From Candidatus Baldrarchaeota archaeon (GTDB lineage: Archaea; Asgardarchaeota; Baldrarchaeia; Baldrarchaeales; DXJG01), in assembly GCA_019056805.1 (NCBI GenBank), contig DXJG01000002.1:373103-405102 (forward strand): 32,000 bases of DNA, in the 5' to 3' direction. Below the pieces are notes generated by a model, which saw only the letters and a program-made list of their open reading frames with translations, made no database searches and had not been told where the DNA came from. Position numbers and translations under genes: made by a program. Numbering within the stretch: position 1 is the first letter of the stretch; every line of letters starts with the position of its first letter. This document shows, piece by piece, positions 25,729-32,000 of the stretch.

Positions 25729-27186
25729 GTGAAAGACAAATTGAATATACCATCCGAACACACAAGATTTTCATTGGAAGTAGAATTGGACCCGTCTCAA
25801 TTTGATAAGTTTTTAAATTTCATTGAAGAATATTACATATTGCCAAAAGTTTCACTAATTTTCAGACATATTATAGAAGAGAGTATTGAAGGATATGTAG
25901 TTAAATTTATTGAGATCTGTCCAGCATACCCACAACTATATGCTCAAATATTCATACATGTCACAACTAGACCATATGTTGAAATATATTATCCGTCTAC
26001 ATGTCCTTCTCAATGGATAGCATCCATAGTATATCATCTAAAACGAACAGCACAGATTTTCGCTAAAACAGAGGGAAATGCTGTTCTTTCACTATTATTT
26101 GTAACAGGTAAACCTCCAATAATGGAAAAATTAAAAACACCAAGATCACTTGGCCTATTTAGCGATAGTATGATCATGCTATACATGTTTACCTATTTCA
26201 TCATTCTCCTAGCCTTTTTTGCAAACCCCATGTTGGCTCCAATAGTTTTTGTCGTTGTACAATTATTTATTCTTTTTAACGCTGATAAAATAGTTTATTC
26301 GATGGGAAAATGGAAAATAACCGATGAACATAATATCGTGCAACTAGTAAAGATAGTAACACGATACAGAGACCTCCAATGGTTCTTACATACCTATGGA
26401 GATTCCATAACAGAAATTAAACAGGCTATCTATGAAAGAACAATTGCACTTGGAGAACTAATAACCCCTCCACGAGTTTTAGAAATACTTGAAGACATTG
26501 GAATAAATATAGAAATTCGACAACTAGAAGTAAGAAATATCGATCTATATAGGTTAGTTTCGATCTTAGCCGCTAAATTCAAAGCTCATATGCCTAAAAT
26601 AGCAATAGCTAATGTTCTTCTACCGAATGCTGCTGCAGCAGGAATATCCCATAAGAGATCAACATTACTTATAACCTCCGGTCTTCTAGGCATATGTGAC
26701 GAAGGAGAACTTGAAGTAATTGTTGGACATGAGTTTTCTCACATTAAAGGAAGAGATCCACTTTTTCTCTTCTCTCTCTTTATAGGAGAATTTGCATTAA
26801 GATTCCTAGTGTTTTCCATTTTTCCCTTCCTTATACAACTATGGCTTCTATATTTTCTTGCAATATTCTCTCTTTTATTCTTCTTTGCGAAATTCTTCGA
26901 AGCTAAAGCAGACTTAGAAGCTATCTATATTTCTGGAAAACCTAGAGAACTCGCTTCGGCCCTCAGAAAATTCACTATATTTATGCCCCCTCGAAAACTA
27001 CGTAGATCTGTCATTAAATGGTTTAGCTGGGATCCTCACCCACCCTTATGGTTTAGAATCGAAAGAGCGGAAGAATATGCAGCAAAAGGACTAAAGCCTG
27101 TAAAGCATTTTCTGCTTAGAAGTGTAATCGACGTAGTTAAAGGACTATTTCGGGATTTATTCAAAATAAAACCCAAAAATATGTAG
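25729..27186 (+). CDS. HtpX-like M48 zinc metalloprotease with a long N-terminal extension
   Basis: PNAAAAG, ITSGLL, HExxH in VGHEFSH, EAKAD and HPPLWFRI motifs; TM helices at about residues 140-190 and 345-390. Confidence 0.88.
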   Translation: MKDKLNIPSEHTRFSLEVELDPSQFDKFLNFIEEYYILPKVSLIFRHIIEESIEGYVVKFIEICPAYPQLYAQIFIHVTTRPYVEIYYPSTCPSQWIASIVYHLKRTAQIFAKTEGNAVLSLLFVTGKPPIMEKLKTPRSLGLFSDSMIMLYMFTYFIILLAFFANPMLAPIVFVVVQLFILFNADKIVYSMGKWKITDEHNIVQLVKIVTRYRDLQWFLHTYGDSITEIKQAIYERTIALGELITPPRVLEILEDIGINIEIRQLEVRNIDLYRLVSILAAKFKAHMPKIAIANVLLPNAAAAGISHKRSTLLITSGLLGICDEGELEVIVGHEFSHIKGRDPLFLFSLFIGEFALRFLVFSIFPFLIQLWLLYFLAIFSLLFFFAKFFEAKADLEAIYISGKPRELASALRKFTIFMPPRKLRRSVIKWFSWDPHPPLWFRIERAEEYAAKGLKPVKHFLLRSVIDVVKGLFRDLFKIKPKNM

Positions 27187-27202
27187 AAAAAGGATGAGGT
27201 TG

Positions 27203-27640
27203 TTACTTATAAGCAAAGAATGCGCAGTGAAGATCTTTAAGTGTGGAGTACCTTAGCTCTACTGAAGTTTTTCCGAACAACTTATCAATTATTTCCTGCA
27301 TAGCTTCAGAAAATAAATCTAAATCTTTGTCTTCAAAGGATTTCAACAATTTTTCTGCAACTTTAAAAGCTTCTTCATCTAAAATTTTACCATATTTGTC
27401 TGGTTTCTTTTTCATAAACTCTATGACTTTCCTAGGTGACTCTGTATTATTGACAAGCATAGAATTTATAACCATGTCAAGAACAAATTCAGCGGCAGCT
27501 TTATAATTCTCTTCCTTCACCTTACTGGACACCATTTCAGCATCATTTCGAGCTATCGTGTATAAATCTTCACGTGCATTGTTTATGTATTGTTTAAAGT
27601 TCCTTATGTCTTCTTCAGAGGGAGGTTCTTTCCATGACAT
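27203..27640 (-). CDS. Hypothetical alpha-helical protein (145 aa)
   Basis: Intact ORF with an upstream GTGG; amphipathic helices throughout. Confidence 0.7.
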   Translation of the reverse strand: MSWKEPPSEEDIRNFKQYINNAREDLYTIARNDAEMVSSKVKEENYKAAAEFVLDMVINSMLVNNTESPRKVIEFMKKKPDKYGKILDEEAFKVAEKLLKSFEDKDLDLFSEAMQEIIDKLFGKTSVELRYSTLKDLHCAFFAYK

Positions 27641-27713
27641 TAAACCACAACCATTTTAATTAATGTAGAATTCAAAATCTATTACTTACTTTAAAATATT
27701 TCCACTTCAAGTC

Positions 27714-28112
27714 CTACTTAACTGAAAACTTAGTTTTTTGTGAAACGATGATTTTTAATTCTTTTACGTTAGTATCATTCACAAAGTTCTCAACATTTGA
27801 AATTATTTTTTCTGCTGGTTGTTCTGCAAACATCTTGGGAGTTGCAGCAACGATCCTAATTCCTAGACTTATCCATTCAAAAATCACACCTAACGGTTTT
27901 TCTGTATTTGCCGTATAAACGATTACGGGTGCATAGTAATCAATAGCCTTATTTCTACCGTTACAAGTTAACTCGAAATCTGAAAAGACCATTGTTCCCT
28001 TCCTTTTTAAATCATCAATCATATAATGCCTAAGAATGATGCTACCAAGTTTATTAGTTACATCATAAAAAATCAAAGCTTCTTCTCCAAGTTTTAATTC
28101 CCAAATGTTCAA
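27714..28112 (-). CDS. Hypothetical alpha/beta protein (132 aa)
   Basis: TTG start with RBS GAGGG; globular composition; no recognised motif. Confidence 0.65.
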   Translation of the reverse strand: MNIWELKLGEEALIFYDVTNKLGSIILRHYMIDDLKRKGTMVFSDFELTCNGRNKAIDYYAPVIVYTANTEKPLGVIFEWISLGIRIVAATPKMFAEQPAEKIISNVENFVNDTNVKELKIIVSQKTKFSVK

Positions 28113-28160
28113 GTATATCCCTCTTAATAATTCTTGAATAATAATCTTAAAAGTTAAGTA

Positions 28161-28463
28161 TTACCCTTTATTCTTACTTAAAAAGTTAAATATCCCTGCT
28201 CTTGCATCGTCCAACTCAGCAACTTCCCTAGAATAAGCAGTAATTTCCACTTTCCCATCTTTTTTAAAAAGTATTTCACACATTAAATAACCATAATCAT
28301 CATAAAATATTTCAAGCCTCTCATCAAAATCAAAAACATCCGCCAAGAAGATTGAACGCAAATTATATAATCGAATTAATTTTCTTCTAAAAGCATTAAA
28401 CTGCCTATTCATTTTATGACTAATAGACTCAAAAACATCTGGAAGCTCCATAAACCACTTCAC
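28161..28463 (-). CDS. Hypothetical protein (100 aa)
   Basis: GTG start with RBS GAGGT; no recognised motif. Confidence 0.6.
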   Translation of the reverse strand: MKWFMELPDVFESISHKMNRQFNAFRRKLIRLYNLRSIFLADVFDFDERLEIFYDDYGYLMCEILFKKDGKVEITAYSREVAELDDARAGIFNFLSKNKG

Positions 28464-28652
28464 ATCAATAACCTCGCTCTTTAAAATAAAAATTGCATAT
28501 ATTTAAACCTTATCGAGCTAGAAAGTTAATATACCACTTTCATCTATTTAGCAAATAACCAAAAATATAAACAAAGTAATTTAGGATTTACAAAAAACAA
28601 AAGTCTATTAGAAAATCCATATACCCTTAAAAGTCATTGGAGATGTTAAAAG

Positions 28653-29612
28653 ATGCAAATACTTATAACAGGTGGTACAGGCTTTATTGGACAGTATTTA
28701 ATTGAAAGTTTAAAGAAGGAAGGACATGAAATTACCGTATACGCGATAGATCCACTCCAAATAGAGAATATAGATGTCGTTATAGGTGACATAAGAGACG
28801 AAACAAACCTTAAAGAAACCTTTGAGAAAGTTCGTCCAGAACTGGTTTTTCACCTTGCTGCGATTGTAAGCTACTCAGCACCAAAGGAATTAATGTATTC
28901 TGTTAATGTTGAAGGTACAAAAAATGTAGTAGATAAATGTCTGAAATACAATTCAAAAATGGTATTCACAAGTTCCGTATCAGTCATAGGAAGATTTAAA
29001 GGCATAGCAAACGAAGAGACACCCTGTAAACCATTTACAACCTATGGAAAAACAAAATTAGAAGCAGAAAAAATAGTGGTAAAAGCATATCAAGAAAATG
29101 GGCTTCCAATCTCAATAATAAGACCCGCTCCAGCATACGGAGAAGGATCCCCCCAATATAGAGTTCTTATACCCTTAATAGCAAAAGGAAAACTACCAAT
29201 AATTGGCTCAGGAGAAACAACAACACATCAAATATATGTTAAAAATCTAATTGATGCGCTCCTCCTGCTAGCCCGTGAGAAAAGAGCGGAAGGAGAGATT
29301 TTTATAGCTGCTGATGAAGAAACAATAACATTAAAAGAACTGTATTATTTCATTTTAGATTATCTGGGAATTAAAAGAGAAATAAAACATATACCAGTTT
29401 TTTTAGCAAAAACGGGGGTTCTTCTGTCAGAAATTAAGGCGAAGTTAACAGGTAAAAGACCAAAAATAAGTAGAGAATTCTTAGAAACAATACTTGCACA
29501 TCGACACTATGATATTTCTAAAATTAAAAACTTAGGATACAAACCGAAATATTCCCTTAAAGAAGGTATGACTAGGACAATTGAATGGTGTAAAGCAGAA
29601 GGACTAGTTTAA
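28653..29612 (+). CDS. NAD-dependent epimerase/dehydratase (extended SDR)
   Basis: ILITGGTGFIG, VFHLAA, VNVEGT, FTSSVSV, YGKTK (YxxxK) and IRPAPAYG motifs. Confidence 0.93.
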   Translation: MQILITGGTGFIGQYLIESLKKEGHEITVYAIDPLQIENIDVVIGDIRDETNLKETFEKVRPELVFHLAAIVSYSAPKELMYSVNVEGTKNVVDKCLKYNSKMVFTSSVSVIGRFKGIANEETPCKPFTTYGKTKLEAEKIVVKAYQENGLPISIIRPAPAYGEGSPQYRVLIPLIAKGKLPIIGSGETTTHQIYVKNLIDALLLLAREKRAEGEIFIAADEETITLKELYYFILDYLGIKREIKHIPVFLAKTGVLLSEIKAKLTGKRPKISREFLETILAHRHYDISKIKNLGYKPKYSLKEGMTRTIEWCKAEGLV

Positions 29613-29753
29613 GCTTAACACTTCAAATAATATCTTTAAACTCAAGTAGTATAAAGGGATGGCGCCATTTCAAGCCCCATATTAGTGCTATTTCTCGCAT
29701 TGTTTATAAACATAGTATTATAAGATTTAAATCGGCTTGGATGGCGATGAAAT

Positions 29754-29999
29754 ATGAAAACTTCTCAGCAAGTCGACGGACCAAAACATAAACATGTATG
29801 GCGCCTAACTATCATTGCACAAGGTAAAAATCCTCGAAAACCTCCAATACCTCTCTCTGCAGTAAAATGGAAGAGCTCAGGGATATTTTATACATTTTGG
29901 TTTCTAGAAGAGAAAGAAGCAGAAAAGTGGAGAAGTTATTTCGCATCTAAAAAGGATTTTTTAGTATTTTGGTTCTTAAAAGAAAAAATAAAAGCGTAA
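29754..29999 (+). CDS. Hypothetical protein (81 aa)
   Basis: The only ORF filling this gap; basic and aromatic-rich; no recognised motif. Confidence 0.4.
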   Translation: MKTSQQVDGPKHKHVWRLTIIAQGKNPRKPPIPLSAVKWKSSGIFYTFWFLEEKEAEKWRSYFASKKDFLVFWFLKEKIKA

Positions 30000-30113
30000 T
30001 TTTTGCCAACAATTTTAAATAAGGATTTTTAACCTTAAAATTCGACCATAACAAAAAATACCCGACAACTTCATCGTAATAACTATTTCAAAGTTGAATG
30101 AGGGTATTTAATA

Positions 30114-30647
30114 ATGCCCCTAATACCCTGGAAATATGTTGCGACCTGGACTTGTTTTGCATGCGGTAAATGTTGTCGCAAATTTAAAGTCCAATTAAAC
30201 CTCAGCGAAGCAGAAAAACTAGTAGAAAAATATGGTACAAACACCATAGAATTCGAGAGAGGTAAACCATATCTAAGAAGGAGAGGGGAAACATGCATTT
30301 TCCAAGATGGAAATATCTGCGGTATACAAGAAGACAAACCAATCGCTTGCAAACTTTGGCCCTTCTACGTCAAAAATGCACCAATACACCCAAACGACTT
30401 CTTTTCAGCACACTACAGATATAAAAATAAAACTTTTTACATCTATATTCACAGCTGGTGCACAGGAGTCAATAAAGGACACATCCCAGTATATAAAATT
30501 TTACCAGAAGTCGTATCACTATATTTAGGAGAACAAAAAAACCAGTTGTTCACAACATCAACACTCCTACCAACGATACCTTACCAAGTAAATTTCCCAG
30601 CAAGCATCCTAAGAATGAGCAAACTGAACCCACATAAAATCTTGTAG
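30114..30647 (+). CDS. YkgJ-family CxxCxxCC cysteine-cluster (zinc/Fe-S) protein
   Basis: WTCFACGKCC, CIFQDGNICGIQEDKPIACKLWPF and a downstream WCTG. Confidence 0.85.
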   Translation: MPLIPWKYVATWTCFACGKCCRKFKVQLNLSEAEKLVEKYGTNTIEFERGKPYLRRRGETCIFQDGNICGIQEDKPIACKLWPFYVKNAPIHPNDFFSAHYRYKNKTFYIYIHSWCTGVNKGHIPVYKILPEVVSLYLGEQKNQLFTTSTLLPTIPYQVNFPASILRMSKLNPHKIL

Positions 30648-31487
30648 TTCCCGTAGAAAGTCTGAATACTCTAGTGAACCTAATGGCAAATAATCACAAA
30701 TAATAATTCTCAAAATACTGTCTCTCACATGTAGAACAATTCTCTCACTATTGGATAGAGAGATATACTTTCTTAGAAGGGCAACAATTTCATGAGACCA
30801 CTCCGGCGCTACCACATTATCCTTCTTAGACTCTTCCCGTTCTTCGTCTTCTGTAGCATCCACAGTGACAGAAAACGAGTTCTCAAACTTAAAGGGAATA
30901 TTAAATTGAAAAATTAAGAACTTTCCATATTGATCGTTAAAAACCTCCGTATCCTTAATGAAAAATTTTAAACCATTTTCAACAAGGAATACTAATTCAC
31001 GCGGTCCGTAAGCCAACTTTTCTCCATCTTTTTCAAGAATCATATTTGCTAAGTCTTTCTCTTCCAATTTGTTTTGTAACTTCACCTTAGCATTCAAAAA
31101 TCGTCGAAGAAAATTTAATTCTTCCTCTATTATTGTCCTACCGATATCTAGAAGCGATTTATCGCTTTTTACTGCCTTAATTTCAGTTCGCTTTGCCCAA
31201 AAGGCCAAAACGACATTTATTGGAAGAACTATGAGCAACGAAGAACAAAGAAAGGACAAAAAAAGCAGATCTACAAAATTTGAAAGCAAGATAACTTTTG
31301 GTGAAAAAATTAGCAGAAACAAAGGAGTAAACAAAGCAAAAACAATAAGCGTTTCAAATAAAACAAACCTTAATTTGCCCGCGTAAGAAGCAAATCGAAC
31401 AATCCTGCTAGTGGAATACAATCTTGATTTAAAACCCTTAACTCTTTCTAAAAACTCTTTCCTTAGAAATTCCAGATCCTTTCTCAT
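30609..31487 (-). CDS. Hypothetical membrane protein (two N-terminal TM helices plus a soluble domain)
   Basis: RBS AGGTGA favours the ATG at 31487. Hydrophobic hairpin followed by a charged alpha/beta domain. The 3' end overlaps the convergent YkgJ gene by 39 nt. Confidence 0.7.
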   Translation of the reverse strand: MRKDLEFLRKEFLERVKGFKSRLYSTSRIVRFASYAGKLRFVLFETLIVFALFTPLFLLIFSPKVILLSNFVDLLFLSFLCSSLLIVLPINVVLAFWAKRTEIKAVKSDKSLLDIGRTIIEEELNFLRRFLNAKVKLQNKLEEKDLANMILEKDGEKLAYGPRELVFLVENGLKFFIKDTEVFNDQYGKFLIFQFNIPFKFENSFSVTVDATEDEEREESKKDNVVAPEWSHEIVALLRKYISLSNSERIVLHVRDSILRIIICDYLPLGSLEYSDFLRELQDFMWVQFAHS

Positions 31488-31509
31488 CGAATCACCTGAC
31501 TTCAATAAT

Positions 31510-32000
31510 TCATACATACTGCTTTAATAGGTGTTCAATTTTCTTTCTGCAAGCTAAACAAAAATTTTTGGTTTTAAAATCTGTCTCTCCAACATGATTG
31601 CTAAACTTCATAACACACCTAGGATTACTACAATGACCAAGACCAAACGTGTGACCAATCTCATGAATAACGGTTTTTATAATTCTCTCTGATAAAAGTT
31701 CCATATTTGGAGGGTCACCGTAAACTTCGGGTCGAAGCATGAAAAAGGAAACAACAGCTCCACGGCCGTGCAAATTTGCTTGCCCAAAAACGAAATTTAA
31801 ACCTGGAACAAAGAGATTAACATCAGTAATAGCTATAACTCTTGTGAAATTAAGTTTTTTAGCATATTCCTCTGCTATTGACACAAAGTATGAAGCAAGA
31901 TATTGTTTTCTTTCTGGAACGTAAGCTTCCTCAGGAACGGGGAGACTTTCCGAATAGATTTCGCAAACTGCTGTATATACTTCTTTTAATGCGGTACAAA
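31510..32000 (-). CDS. amzA: Archaemetzincin (M54 zinc metalloprotease), 5' end outside the window
   Basis: HEIGHTFGLGHCSNPRCVM and DFKTKNFCLAC motifs, plus NFVFGQA. The frame stays open beyond the 31884 track start to the window edge (...EEAYVPERKQYLASYFVSIAE...). Confidence 0.92.
   Translation of the reverse strand, partial: CTALKEVYTAVCEIYSESLPVPEEAYVPERKQYLASYFVSIAEEYAKKLNFTRVIAITDVNLFVPGLNFVFGQANLHGRGAVVSFFMLRPEVYGDPPNMELLSERIIKTVIHEIGHTFGLGHCSNPRCVMKFSNHVGETDFKTKNFCLACRKKIEHLLKQYV

Noticed and set aside
29640-29770. GC-richer intergenic patch with repeated ATGGCG and a GCGATGA C-box-like motif
   Set aside because: No properly placed CTGA D box on the same strand and no tRNA cloverleaf.
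1-32000. CRISPR arrays, tRNA/rRNA genes, IS elements or integrases
   Set aside because: No regularly spaced direct repeats, structured RNA signatures or transposase motifs seen; the only mobile elements are the two inteins.

Overview
Archaeal genomic window: AT-rich, GGAGG/GAGGTG Shine-Dalgarno sites, and archaeal-type Lhr, eL41 and archaemetzincin genes. It is probably from a thermophile, but the lineage cannot be assigned from the sequence alone. The first 7.6 kb encode a 2513-aa Lhr SF2 helicase precursor. It carries two LAGLIDADG inteins (one in Walker A, one at motif V) and a ~550-aa C-terminal extension made of two tandem modules resembling the winged-helix part of AlkZ/YcaQ (HTH_42) glycosylases. 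Synonymous codon endings flip sharply from A/C to G/T across both intein insertion points. Next come a divergent pncB/pncA NAD-salvage pair with a 49-aa ORF and a phosphohexomutase, then a complete Opp/Dpp peptide ABC operon with three extra membrane-protein genes between the binding protein and the permeases. The rest holds an Ig-like surface protein, a 35-aa ribosomal eL41/eS32 gene missing from the ORF track, an AIR-synthase-family protein, an ECF S-component-like protein, a GNAT, a PRPP-synthase paralogue with degenerate motifs, an HtpX-like protease, small hypotheticals, an SDR epimerase, a YkgJ-type Cys-cluster protein and a partial archaemetzincin. I saw no CRISPR array, tRNA, rRNA or transposase. 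All family assignments come from motif recognition by eye; no database searches were run.
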